Under the pieces are notes generated by a model that searched no databases, was not told where the DNA came from, and saw only the letters and a program-made list of their open reading frames with translations. Source: Candidatus Kapaibacterium sp. (lineage in GTDB: Bacteria > Bacteroidota > Ignavibacteria > OLB7). From it: a stretch of DNA of 64,000 nucleotides. A program made the position numbers and the translations under genes. Shown here piece after piece: positions 1 through 10,004 of the stretch. The stretch lies in assembly GCA_035539855.1 (NCBI GenBank), contig DATLHO010000153.1, forward strand, positions 2,151 to 66,150. Reading direction: 5' to 3'. Every line of letters starts with the position of its first letter. The stretch's first letter is position 1.

Positions 1-1
1 C

Positions 2-1135
2 CTACGAGCGGTAGGAGCGTCCCTTCCAGACGACTGTCGGGCGCATCAGCAGGAAGGGAACGACGAGCGCCTGCGCGACGAAGTAGAACTCGAAGCTCAG
101 GAAGTAGCGAAGGATCGACGTGCGTCCGAGGCGTTGCAGCGTCGGGGTCATCACTGCGAGGTCGAAGACGAACTTCGTCGACCACACGACGATCCACGGC
201 ACGACCCCCGCGAACGGAGCGATGACGACCGCCGCCATCATCAGCGCCGCGATGACGAGCACCATCCAGCCGCGCACGCCGGTCTCCATGCCGCCCCGCG
301 ACCAGCGCTGCTTCTGCGAGAGCACCTCCATCAGCGACGCGCACGGTAGCGTCACGATCTCGGTGTCCTTCGTGCACGGATAGACCACCCGACGACCGCG
401 GTCGTGCATCGCGCGAAAGAGCGCGTAGTCCTCGGTGACGCTGAAACTGACGGCGCGATACCCGCCGACCTGGTCGTAGGCCTCGCGACGGAACGCGAAG
501 TTGTTGCCGATCACGCCGAGCGGGACGTTGAACGCGAGCCCGGCCGCGGCCAGCGACTGCAGGTGAATCCAGTCGAGCTGCTGGACGGCGCTGAACTGAT
601 CGTGCGCGCTGATGACGGTGAAGCCGCCGAAGGCGTCGACGCCGTCGACGAAGTGCTCGACGACCGAGCGCGCCCACGTCGGCGGTGCCACGCAGTCGGC
701 GTCGGTCAGCAGCACGATCTCGCCGATGGCATGATCGACCCCCTGGGCGATCGCGCGCGCCTTGCCGCGCGTCGGCGACGACTCCTCGCGCGTCGTCACG
801 ACGGTCACGCGATCCGGCGCGGTGTCGGCGATCCGATGCATGATCGCGCCGGTCTCATCCTCGGATTGATCGTCGACGGCAACGATCTGCAGGCGATCCG
901 CCGGACAGTCCTGCGCCAGGAGCGACTCGAGGCAGCGCGCGATGTTCGGCTCCTCGTTGCGCGCGGCGACGAGAATGGTCACACGCGGCCACGACGGCGG
1001 AGCGCTCCGGCGCACACGAGGCACGCGACGCTGTCCGAACAGGAAGAAGGTGTACTCGAGCGCGTACAGGCCACACGCGAGCCAGAGGAACGATTCGATC
1101 ATAACGGGAGGGCAAAGGTAGCACCGACGCGGCAA
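2..1135 (-). CDS. Family 2 glycosyltransferase, membrane-anchored. It is partial: the C-terminus runs off the left edge of the window. The start could instead be the Met at 1102.
   Basis: The translation has a GT-A fold signature (VAVDDQSED, then a DAD/DxD-like motif) and an N-terminal transmembrane helix. The ORF reaches the window edge with no stop codon. Confidence 0.7.
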   Translation of the reverse strand: MPRRCYLCPPVMIESFLWLACGLYALEYTFFLFGQRRVPRVRRSAPPSWPRVTILVAARNEEPNIARCLESLLAQDCPADRLQIVAVDDQSEDETGAIMHRIADTAPDRVTVVTTREESSPTRGKARAIAQGVDHAIGEIVLLTDADCVAPPTWARSVVEHFVDGVDAFGGFTVISAHDQFSAVQQLDWIHLQSLAAAGLAFNVPLGVIGNNFAFRREAYDQVGGYRAVSFSVTEDYALFRAMHDRGRRVVYPCTKDTEIVTLPCASLMEVLSQKQRWSRGGMETGVRGWMVLVIAALMMAAVVIAPFAGVVPWIVVWSTKFVFDLAVMTPTLQRLGRTSILRYFLSFEFYFVAQALVVPFLLMRPTVVWKGRSYRS

Positions 1136-1212
1136 ACGCCGGCCGCGATTTGCTCCCGTGGACCGTCGGCGCTCGACGTCAGCGGCATCCCCTATTCCCT
1201 ATCTTCGGACCC

Positions 1213-2439
1213 ATGCCCTTCGAGTGGTTCATAGCACGGCGATACCTCCGCGCCAAGCGCAAGGTCAGTCTGATCAGCATCATCTCGACGATCTCGATCC
1301 TCGGCATCACCGTCGGGGTCTTCGCGCTCGTCTGCGTCATGTCGGTCTTCAACGGCTTCAACACGCTCGTCAAGGATCTGCTCGTCGGGTTCGATCCCCA
1401 TCTGCGCGTGACGCCCGCGACGGCGACCACGCTCGTCGCCGACTCGCTGCTGCCGCGCATCCGCGCGGTGCCGGGCGTCGTCGCGGCGGCTCCGTTCGTC
1501 TCGGGGCGGTCGGTCGTGCTCTATCCGACGCTTCGTGTGATCCAGCTTCGGGCGATGCGTCGCGAGGACGTCGGGTCCGCGATCGGCCTCGAGGATCAGA
1601 TCGTCGCCGGCGACTTCGAGGCGCCGAGCGCGATGAATCCCCATCCCATCGTCCTCGGTAGCCTGCTCGGCATCGCACTCGGCGCGGGCGTCGGCGACAC
1701 ACTGTCGCTGCTGAGCCAGAGCGGGCTCGAGGAGACGCTGACGCAACTGGCGGAGCCGCAGGTCATCCGTTGCGTCGTCTCGGGCATCTTCGAGATGGGC
1801 AACAAGGAATACGACAGCTACTACGCCTACACCGACCTCGCCACCGGCCGCGCGATCTTCGACGTGATGGACAACGCGATGGGCCTCGAGATCCGTCTCG
1901 ACGATCTCGAGCGCGCGCCCGGCGTCAAGGACACCCTCGAGCGATCGCTCGGTCCGGCCTACCGTGTCGAGACATGGCACGATCTGCATCGCGATCTCTT
2001 CGGTGTCATGGAGCTCGAGCGCTGGAGTGCCTACATCATCCTCTCGCTGATCATCGTCGTGGCGGTCTTCAACGTGCTCGGATCGCTCACGATGACCGTC
2101 ATCGAGAAACGTCGCGACATCGGCATTCTCAAGATCATGGGCGCCAGCGACCGCGCCATTCAGCGGATCTATCTGTTCGAAGGAATGATGGTCGGCGTCA
2201 TCGGGCTCGTCGGAGGCCTGTCGCTCGGATTGCTCGCGGTCTGGCTGCAGCAGCAGTACGGCCTGTTCATGAAGCTCGACGTCGCCGTCTACATCATCTC
2301 GGCGCTGCCGGTCGAGCTCAGAGTGGCCGACATCGTGCTGGTGAGCATAACCGCACTCGTGCTCTCGTTCAGCGCGGCGCTGTATCCCGCGCGGCGTGCG
2401 GCGCGGCTGCTCGCGGCCGACGCGGTGCGCTGGGAATAG
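1213..2439 (+). CDS. LolC/LolE-family lipoprotein-releasing system permease (FtsX/MacB-like).
   Basis: The N-terminus MPFEWFIARRYLRAKRK is the canonical LolC/E start. It is followed by a transmembrane helix, a large periplasmic domain and three C-terminal transmembrane helices (FtsX fold). The start was moved to the internal Met at 1213. Confidence 0.8.
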   Translation: MPFEWFIARRYLRAKRKVSLISIISTISILGITVGVFALVCVMSVFNGFNTLVKDLLVGFDPHLRVTPATATTLVADSLLPRIRAVPGVVAAAPFVSGRSVVLYPTLRVIQLRAMRREDVGSAIGLEDQIVAGDFEAPSAMNPHPIVLGSLLGIALGAGVGDTLSLLSQSGLEETLTQLAEPQVIRCVVSGIFEMGNKEYDSYYAYTDLATGRAIFDVMDNAMGLEIRLDDLERAPGVKDTLERSLGPAYRVETWHDLHRDLFGVMELERWSAYIILSLIIVVAVFNVLGSLTMTVIEKRRDIGILKIMGASDRAIQRIYLFEGMMVGVIGLVGGLSLGLLAVWLQQQYGLFMKLDVAVYIISALPVELRVADIVLVSITALVLSFSAALYPARRAARLLAADAVRWE

Positions 2440-2512
2440 CCGACACAGGCGCCCGATTGACTATCTTGCCGACGACTCCGAGACACTCCAGAAATCGCAC
2501 TCCGGCACGACC

Positions 2513-2884
2513 ATGAAATACACCGTCGACCGCTCAGACAACGCGGCCACCGTCAAGCTCCATGAGGATCGCCTCGACGCCAGCAACAGCGGCGATCTCA
2601 AGGGCGAGCTCCTCATCCTCTGCAGCGCGGGCATCGAAGTGCTCTTCATCGATCTCTCGGAGGTCAACTACTGCGACAGCACGGGCCTCAGCGCGCTGCT
2701 GCTGGCGCACAGGGAGATGAAGAACGCGGGTGGGTACGCGATCCTCGTCGCGCTCAGCGACAAGGTTGCCTCGCTCATCGAGATCGCGCAGCTCGATCGC
2801 GTGCTGTATATCTACCGGAGCCGTGAGGAGGCGGTCGCCGATCTCGAGGGTAGCGCGCCGGAGTCGGAGGATGAGGTGCTGTAG
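2513..2884 (+). CDS. STAS-domain anti-sigma-factor antagonist (SpoIIAA-like).
   Basis: About 120 aa with a STAS signature: a conserved Ser/Thr region (DSTGLSALL) and a single-domain layout. The start is placed at MKYTV. Confidence 0.65.
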   Translation: MKYTVDRSDNAATVKLHEDRLDASNSGDLKGELLILCSAGIEVLFIDLSEVNYCDSTGLSALLLAHREMKNAGGYAILVALSDKVASLIEIAQLDRVLYIYRSREEAVADLEGSAPESEDEVL

Positions 2885-2914
2885 GGAGGGGACGAAGGGA
2901 CGAAGGGGATTGGG

Positions 2915-4030
2915 TTAGGGGAGCCAGGTGCGGACGGCTTTTGCGAGGAGTGCGGGGGCTTCGGTTGGTTGGGGGACGGTCCCGTCCGGGACGGGCAGGG
3001 GGATGATGGTTGCGCCGAGGCGGGTTTCGAGCTGCTCATGGGGTCCGCCGAGCGATCCGGTGAAGACGACGACCTGGCGCTCGGCACGTCGGGCGCGCTC
3101 GCAGACGCGGGCAACGCCCTTGCCGAGGAAGGTCTGGCGGTCGACCCTGCCTTCGCCCGTGATGATCACGTCGGACATGTCGGCGAGACGATCGAAGTCG
3201 ACCGCGTCGAGCACCGCCTCCGCCCCACTCACCAGCCGCGCGTCGAAGAGCGCCGCGAGACCGGCTCCGATGCCGCCGGCGGCTCCGGCTCCCTGCAGTT
3301 GCGCGACGTTTGCTCCGAGCGAGCGCGTCGCGACCGAAGCGAAATTCCGACTTCCTTCCTCGAGCATTCCCACCATCGTCGAATCAGCACCCTTCTGTGG
3401 CGAGAACGCCAGGGCGGCTCCTTCGGGTCCGAGGAGCGGATTCATGACGTCGCAGAATCCCGTCACGCGCATCCCGGCGAGCTCCGGCAGCATGCGGCTG
3501 ACATCGATCGTGGCGATCTCGCCGAGCGATCGACCGATCGGTCTCAGCGGAAAGCCGCGCCGGTCGAGGAATCGGGCGCCGAGCTCCGCCGCCATACCGA
3601 TGCCGCAGTCGTGGGTCGCGGTGTCGCCGAGTCCGATGAGCACCTCGCGCATCCCGGCGTACGCGATCGCGCGCAGCAGTGACCCGATGCCCGCGGTCGA
3701 GAGTCTCGACGGATCGCGACGCGACGGGTGAACCTCCGCCAGCGCAAGACACTCCGCCACTTCGATCACCGCGACCTTTCCCGGCAGCTCACCCCATCGC
3801 GCTTCGATCCGCCGGCCGAGCGCATCGGCGCACGGCACCACGTGAATGCGTCCGCCGCGCGCGCGCACGAGCGCCGCGACGGTGCCGCGGCCGCCGTCGG
3901 CCAGCGGCAGCTCGGCGACCGACCACGCCGGGCGGGCGGCGACGATCTCCGCGGCGATGATCGCCGCGGCGTCCGCGGCGGAGAGCGTCCCCTTGAACGC
4001 GAGCGGTGCGACCAGTATGCGGTGTGGCAT
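2915..4030 (-). CDS. Glycerate kinase (GlxK/GarK family).
   Basis: Full-length similarity to glycerate kinases, including the ITGEGRVD motif and Gly-rich nucleotide loops. Confidence 0.8.
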   Translation of the reverse strand: MPHRILVAPLAFKGTLSAADAAAIIAAEIVAARPAWSVAELPLADGGRGTVAALVRARGGRIHVVPCADALGRRIEARWGELPGKVAVIEVAECLALAEVHPSRRDPSRLSTAGIGSLLRAIAYAGMREVLIGLGDTATHDCGIGMAAELGARFLDRRGFPLRPIGRSLGEIATIDVSRMLPELAGMRVTGFCDVMNPLLGPEGAALAFSPQKGADSTMVGMLEEGSRNFASVATRSLGANVAQLQGAGAAGGIGAGLAALFDARLVSGAEAVLDAVDFDRLADMSDVIITGEGRVDRQTFLGKGVARVCERARRAERQVVVFTGSLGGPHEQLETRLGATIIPLPVPDGTVPQPTEAPALLAKAVRTWLP

Positions 4031-5769
4031 CAGAATCGATTGACGAGTCCTACGAAAACCTTGCCCGTGTCGAACGAGTCATCGCGACTCAGCGCGAACG
4101 AGAAGCGGATGAGTCCGAGCGGCGATTCGATCTGCGCCGCGACGCCGTAGCCGAGCAGCCAGTACTCCTGCGCGTCGACGCGGCGCAGCACGTCCTCGGG
4201 TCGCGACGCATACCCACCATCGACGAACAGCGCTGCGAACGATGTGCGCGAGAGCAGCACGCGCGTCTCGAGGTTGCCCCAGACGCGACGTGATGCGCGG
4301 AACTCGTCCTCGCGGTAGCCGCGCACGGTCGACTGTCCGCCGATGCGGAACAGATCGCTCTCCTCGAGGAAGTTACCGCGGATCTCGCCGCCGTGCACGC
4401 TGGCGGCCACGACGAGCGCGCCACCGAGCGACATGAACGCGTCGAGGTCGGCGACGATCCGCTGTCGGAATCCCGCGTCGCCGAGCAGCTCCGCGCTGCA
4501 GTCGGTGGTCGAGCGAATCGACTTCGAGCCGATCGCGACCGAGGTCGACAACAGCGCGCCACTGACCGGGTTGATCGGGTTGGTGCGCGTGTCGAAGACG
4601 ATGCCGATCGACGTGCCGAGCGAGCTGCTGCTGAGCAACTGATTCTCGCAGGGGCGGAGCGTATCGAGCTCAGGAAGAGTTTCGTCGTAGGAGCCACCGA
4701 GGCGCACCGACCACGCATCGAGAAATCCGTAGGACCCGTCGAGGGTGAACGAGCGCTGCACGTAGCTCGGCAGCGCGATCGAGGCGATCTCCTGTCGCTG
4801 GCGAAACCCGACCTCGATGTCGATCGGCAGGCGGAAGACCCAGGGCTCGCCATAGCGCACCTCGAGCATCTGCGAGGGCTTCGAGCGCTCGAAGCGCACG
4901 GCAAAGCGCCGTCCGTCGCCGAAGGGATTGCGCAGCGCGAAGTTCAGGTGACCGGTGAGGCTCCCCTGCTCTCCCGGCCGATCCGGAGGCTGGTAGCCGA
5001 GGATCCCGTCGAACGTGTTCGGCGTGCCCTCGACCACCCGCACGAGGATGCCGTAGCCGCCGGAGTCCGTGCGGTAGAGCTGCGGCTCGGCGACCTCGGC
5101 AAACAGATCGAGTCGCTCGAGCCTGGCGCGCACCTGCCGCGCGAGATCGTCGTTGAACGGCGTGCCGCGGCGCACCGCGACGGCCGCGATGATCAGCCCC
5201 CGGTCGGTCTCGGTGTTTCCTTCGACATCGATCTCGCCCACGAGAACGCGCTCGCCGGTCTCGATCGCGATCGTCGGCGCCGCCGTGGCGGCGCTGTCGT
5301 CGATGGTGAGGTCGCCCAGACGGGCGACGGCAAGCGGATAACCGCGCGCGGCGAGCGCCACGACGACCGCGTCGAGCAGCTCGGTCACGCGACCGGGTGA
5401 GAAGGGATTGCCGACGTAGGGAGATTCATCGAAGCCGCCGAGACGGACCAGGGCGGCGAGAGAGTCGGGCGAGAAGACGGGAGCGGCGAGTCGGTATCGG
5501 GGTCCGTCCGAGAGCACGACCGAGTCGCCGGAGACGACGACGACCGGAGCGAGGTATCCGGCGGCGGCGTAGAGCGCGTGCAGCGAATCGACGGCGCGCT
5601 CGCGCGGCAGCTCGCGCACGATCGCCGCGACACGCTCGGCCGGTACGATGCTTGCTCCGATGACGGTCGGGCCGGACGTCTGCCCGGCGAGATCCGACGC
5701 GCCGCCGAACACGATCACCGTGACGGCGACGAGCATCCGAAGCAGGCGCGGCGCGGGCCCTGGGGTCAC
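4030..5769 (-). CDS. Omp85 (BamA/TamA) family outer-membrane beta-barrel protein with POTRA domains.
   Basis: It has a signal-peptide-like N-terminus, POTRA-like repeats, and a C-terminal barrel with alternating hydrophobic residues that ends in the aromatic residue F (…LVNRF). Confidence 0.65.
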   Translation of the reverse strand: MTPGPAPRLLRMLVAVTVIVFGGASDLAGQTSGPTVIGASIVPAERVAAIVRELPRERAVDSLHALYAAAGYLAPVVVVSGDSVVLSDGPRYRLAAPVFSPDSLAALVRLGGFDESPYVGNPFSPGRVTELLDAVVVALAARGYPLAVARLGDLTIDDSAATAAPTIAIETGERVLVGEIDVEGNTETDRGLIIAAVAVRRGTPFNDDLARQVRARLERLDLFAEVAEPQLYRTDSGGYGILVRVVEGTPNTFDGILGYQPPDRPGEQGSLTGHLNFALRNPFGDGRRFAVRFERSKPSQMLEVRYGEPWVFRLPIDIEVGFRQRQEIASIALPSYVQRSFTLDGSYGFLDAWSVRLGGSYDETLPELDTLRPCENQLLSSSSLGTSIGIVFDTRTNPINPVSGALLSTSVAIGSKSIRSTTDCSAELLGDAGFRQRIVADLDAFMSLGGALVVAASVHGGEIRGNFLEESDLFRIGGQSTVRGYREDEFRASRRVWGNLETRVLLSRTSFAALFVDGGYASRPEDVLRRVDAQEYWLLGYGVAAQIESPLGLIRFSFALSRDDSFDTGKVFVGLVNRF

Positions 5770-6386
5770 TTCGATTCGAGCTGCTGCAGGTTGATCATGC
5801 CGGCCCTTCCCTGCGACGTCTCGGTTAGCCGGACCGCGAACTCGTCGACGAGGTCACGGCGGATCGCCATGCGATAGGTGATGACGTCGCGAAACTCCTC
5901 CTCGAAGCTCAGCGAGTAGTCCTCGACGAGCTGGCGGACGGCGCGCATGTCTTCGTACGTCGTGAAGACCTGCAGCGTCTCGCGATCGAACTGGGTCGTC
6001 GTCGGCGCGATGTCGAGCACGGCCGCGGCTGTCTCACCATAGGCGCGGGCCAGGCCGCCGACGCCGAGCTTGGTGCCACCGAAATACCGTGTGACGACGA
6101 CGAGCACGTTGAAGAGCTCGCGCTGCTGCAGCACGAACAGGATCGGCTTGCCGGCGCTGCCGGACGGCTCGCCGTCATCGGCGAAGCGGTAGAGCAGGCC
6201 GTCGGGCGCCAGGCGCCACGCGTAGCAGTTGTGCGATGCGTCCCAGAACTCCTTGCGGATGGCCTCGAGCTCAACGGCGGCCGCTTCGCGCGAGTCGACC
6301 GCGATCGCCGTCCCGATGAATCGGGAGCCGCGTACCTTGAGCTCGGTACGTGCGCGATCAACGATCGTCCTGAAGGAGTCGGCCAT
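5766..6386 (-). CDS. yigZ: IMPACT/YigZ family protein.
   Basis: The conserved UPF0029 core is present (GSRFIG…, EPSGSAGKPIL). The start was moved to the internal MADSFRT. Confidence 0.75.
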   Translation of the reverse strand: MADSFRTIVDRARTELKVRGSRFIGTAIAVDSREAAAVELEAIRKEFWDASHNCYAWRLAPDGLLYRFADDGEPSGSAGKPILFVLQQRELFNVLVVVTRYFGGTKLGVGGLARAYGETAAAVLDIAPTTTQFDRETLQVFTTYEDMRAVRQLVEDYSLSFEEEFRDVITYRMAIRRDLVDEFAVRLTETSQGRAGMINLQQLESK

Positions 6387-6435
6387 TACGAGTTGGATCG
6401 GATGACGGTGGGAGCATTCTAGTAACTTTGCCCGC

Positions 6436-7623
6436 ATGAATATAGGAATTACATGCTACCCCACGTATGGCGGTAGCGGTGTCGTCGCGACGGAGCTGGG
6501 CAAGGAGCTCGCGGCTCGCGGCCATAAAGTCCACTTCATCTCCTACGCGCTTCCCTTCCGGCTCGACGGCTTCCACGAGAACATCGTTTATCACGAAGTC
6601 GAGCTTCCTGATTACCCGTTGTTCGAGGGCAGTCTCTACCCGTTGTCGCTCACCAGCAAGATGATCGACGTCGTGCTCTACGACGAGCTCGACGTGCTTC
6701 ATGTGCACTACGCGATCCCGCACGCCTCGAGCGCATACAACGCGAAGCAGATCCTCAACGAGCAGGGACGGGACATCAAGATCATCACGACGCTGCACGG
6801 TACGGACATCACGCTGATCGGTCTGGATCCGACACTGCTTCCGCTGGTGCGATGGTCGATCGAAAAGTCCGACGGCGTCACGGCGGTCAGCCGGTTTCTG
6901 CGCGAGAAGACGCTGTCGAACTTCAACATCGACCGCGAGATCGAGGTCATCCCGAATTTCGTCGACACGCAGTTGTGGTCGAGGACGGAGGACAACCGCA
7001 AGCGGTGCCAGTTCTCACCGAACGGCGAGCCGGTGCTGGTGCACATCAGCAACTTCCGGCCGGTCAAGCGCGTGGCCGACGTCATCAGGACATTCAAGCT
7101 CGTGCGCGAGAAGATGCCGGCCAAGCTGCTCATGGTCGGCGACGGACCCGACCGCGCCGAGGCCGAGCGGCTGTGCCGCGATCTGGAGATCGTCGCCGAC
7201 GTGCGCTTTCTCGGCAAACAGACGGCGCTGCCGGAGATCCTCTCGGCGAGCGACCTGTTTCTGATGCCGAGCCAGTCGGAGAGTTTCGGACTCTCGGCGC
7301 TCGAGGCGATGAGCTGCGGTGTGCCGGCGATCACGAGCTCGACCGGAGGTCTGTCCGAGCTGGTCGTTCACGGTGTGACCGGCTTCATCGCCGAGGTCGG
7401 CGACGTCGATCGGATGGCGCGGTACGCGATCGACCTGCTGACGCACCGCAAGAAGTTCGAGCAGTTCAGCCGCGCCGCGCGCGAGCGTGCTGCAAACAAC
7501 TTCTCGGCGAACGACATCGTGCCGATGTACGAGGCCTACTATCAGCGGGTGATCGACGGCACGGCGGGCACGGTGTATGCGGGCGGCAACGGCAACGGAC
7601 GCAGGAACAACGACGACGACTAG
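6436..7623 (+). CDS. bshA: N-acetyl-alpha-D-glucosaminyl L-malate synthase BshA (GT4), the first step of bacillithiol biosynthesis.
   Basis: The N-terminus MNIGITCYPTYGGSGVVATELGKELAARGHKVHFIS is the BshA hallmark. The C-terminal GT4 E-x7-E region is present (SESFGLSALEAMSCGVP). Confidence 0.8.
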   Translation: MNIGITCYPTYGGSGVVATELGKELAARGHKVHFISYALPFRLDGFHENIVYHEVELPDYPLFEGSLYPLSLTSKMIDVVLYDELDVLHVHYAIPHASSAYNAKQILNEQGRDIKIITTLHGTDITLIGLDPTLLPLVRWSIEKSDGVTAVSRFLREKTLSNFNIDREIEVIPNFVDTQLWSRTEDNRKRCQFSPNGEPVLVHISNFRPVKRVADVIRTFKLVREKMPAKLLMVGDGPDRAEAERLCRDLEIVADVRFLGKQTALPEILSASDLFLMPSQSESFGLSALEAMSCGVPAITSSTGGLSELVVHGVTGFIAEVGDVDRMARYAIDLLTHRKKFEQFSRAARERAANNFSANDIVPMYEAYYQRVIDGTAGTVYAGGNGNGRRNNDDD

Positions 7624-7635
7624 AGGCGGGGATCG

Positions 7636-8472
7636 ATGACTCGACATGAAGATGCCGGTGAGCTGCTCGCGACGGCGATCGAGGCTGCGCAGGCGGCCGG
7701 GCGCCTGGTGCACGGCCGGATCGGCGACGACCTGAAGATCCGCCACAAGGAGCTCGGCGTGCAGAATCTCGTCACCGAGATGGACCACGCGTCCGAGGCG
7801 CTGATCAAGGAGATCATCGGGACGCGACATCCGGGCGCGATCTTCCTGGCAGAGGAGTCCGGTGGCGATCAGACGCTCGAGGAGCTGACGTGGGTGGTCG
7901 ACCCGATCGACGGCACCGTCAACTACGCGCATGGGATTCCGATCTACTGCATCTCGATAGCGGCGGTGCGTGAGAACGAGCCGGTCGTCGGCGTGATCTA
8001 CAACCCGAACACCGAGGAGCTCTTCACGGCGGTGCGCGGTGGCGGAGCGTTTCTCAACGGCGTGCCGATGCGGGTCAGCACGATCGACAATCTGCGGCGG
8101 GCGGTGCTGGTGACGGGGTTCCCGTACAACGTCGCGGAGAATCCCTACGGCTGCGTCGACTCGTTCGTCGACTTCATGATGCTCGGCGTGCCGGTTCGTC
8201 GGTTGGGCTCGGCGGCGCTGGACCTGGCGTACACGGCGGCGGGGCGCTTCGAGGCCTTCTGGGAGGTCTCGCTGAATCACTGGGACGTCGCGGCCGGCAT
8301 TCTGATGGTGATCGAGGCGGGCGGCCGCGTGACGACGTATGCCGAGGCGTGCTCCGACGAGCGCGACGAGGCCTGTCCGATCGTGACCGATCGGATGCTT
8401 GCCACCAACGGGGTCATCCACAGGACGATCGAGACGGTGCTGATGCGCAGCGGCACCGTGACGCTGGACTGA
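7636..8472 (+). CDS. suhB: Inositol monophosphatase family protein (SuhB-like).
   Basis: IMPase motifs are present: WVVDPIDGT, a metal-binding EE, and GSAALDLAYTAAGR. Confidence 0.8.
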   Translation: MTRHEDAGELLATAIEAAQAAGRLVHGRIGDDLKIRHKELGVQNLVTEMDHASEALIKEIIGTRHPGAIFLAEESGGDQTLEELTWVVDPIDGTVNYAHGIPIYCISIAAVRENEPVVGVIYNPNTEELFTAVRGGGAFLNGVPMRVSTIDNLRRAVLVTGFPYNVAENPYGCVDSFVDFMMLGVPVRRLGSAALDLAYTAAGRFEAFWEVSLNHWDVAAGILMVIEAGGRVTTYAEACSDERDEACPIVTDRMLATNGVIHRTIETVLMRSGTVTLD

Positions 8473-8588
8473 CGAGTGGCGTCGGGGGAGGGGAGCCCCA
8501 GCCAGATTGAATAGCCGTTATTGCACTTCGGCGCAATCCGCCTCGACCTCCTCGCTCCTTCTCTCCCCTACCGCAATCACCACGGCTC

Positions 8589-9434
8589 TCAGAGCTCTTC
8601 GTTCGCCATCTCCTCGCGATAGGCCAGGGCGAGCCGCGTTCCGATCGGGGCGTCGGCCGCGAGTGCGATCCCGTCGACCGACCCGGCCACGACCACGCCA
8701 CGGGCGGCATTGGTGAAGAAGCACTCGTCGGCGCCATGCAGCGCCTCGCGATCGAATGCGATCTCGCGCGCCTCGATGCCCAGCGCCGCTGCGAGCTCGA
8801 GCACCCGTCCGCGCGCGATGCCGGGCAGCACGCCGAGCGAGATCGGTGCGGTCAGCAGCACACCGCCTCGGACGATGAAGATGTTCGCGATCGTTCCCTC
8901 GGCGACGAGTCCGTCGGGCGTGAGCATCACACCCTCGTCGGCGCCGCGGCGCGCTGCCTCTCGGGCGGCGAGCACGTACGTGAGATGGCTCGTCGACTTG
9001 ATGCGTGTCGGAGTATCCGGAGGGGAAAGACGTCGGTCGAGGGTGATGAGGCGCGGGCGAGCGAATTGGTTTTGCGATTGCAATAACGGGCGTTGACTCA
9101 CGATCAGGGTCGGCCGATCGCTGTCGCCTCCGAGTCCCTCGCGCTGAATGCCGCGCGTCAGCGTCAGACGGAGGATGCCCCTGCTGAGCCTGTTGGCATT
9201 GACAGTCGCGCTCAGCGATTCGCGAATCGATTCGATCTCCGGCACGGTGATCTCGAGCATGCCCGCTGCGTCGACAAGCCGGCGAAGATGGCGCTCGCGC
9301 AGGTGCACCCTCCCCTCTTCGACGCGCATCGTCTCGAAAAGTCCGTCGCCGTAGAGCAGGCCTCGGTCGCTCACCGGGACCCGGGCCTCGCCGGCCGGCA
9401 CGATCTCACCGTCGATGCAGACGAAGCCTTCCAC
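8589..9434 (-). CDS. pabC: Aminodeoxychorismate lyase / class IV aminotransferase (PabC).
   Basis: Fold-type IV PLP enzyme signature (GLLYGDGLFET…). It lies immediately downstream of pabA/pabB in the same operon. Confidence 0.7.
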   Translation of the reverse strand: MEGFVCIDGEIVPAGEARVPVSDRGLLYGDGLFETMRVEEGRVHLRERHLRRLVDAAGMLEITVPEIESIRESLSATVNANRLSRGILRLTLTRGIQREGLGGDSDRPTLIVSQRPLLQSQNQFARPRLITLDRRLSPPDTPTRIKSTSHLTYVLAAREAARRGADEGVMLTPDGLVAEGTIANIFIVRGGVLLTAPISLGVLPGIARGRVLELAAALGIEAREIAFDREALHGADECFFTNAARGVVVAGSVDGIALAADAPIGTRLALAYREEMANEEL

Positions 9435-10000
<566 letters not shown>

Positions 10001-10004
<4 letters not shown>

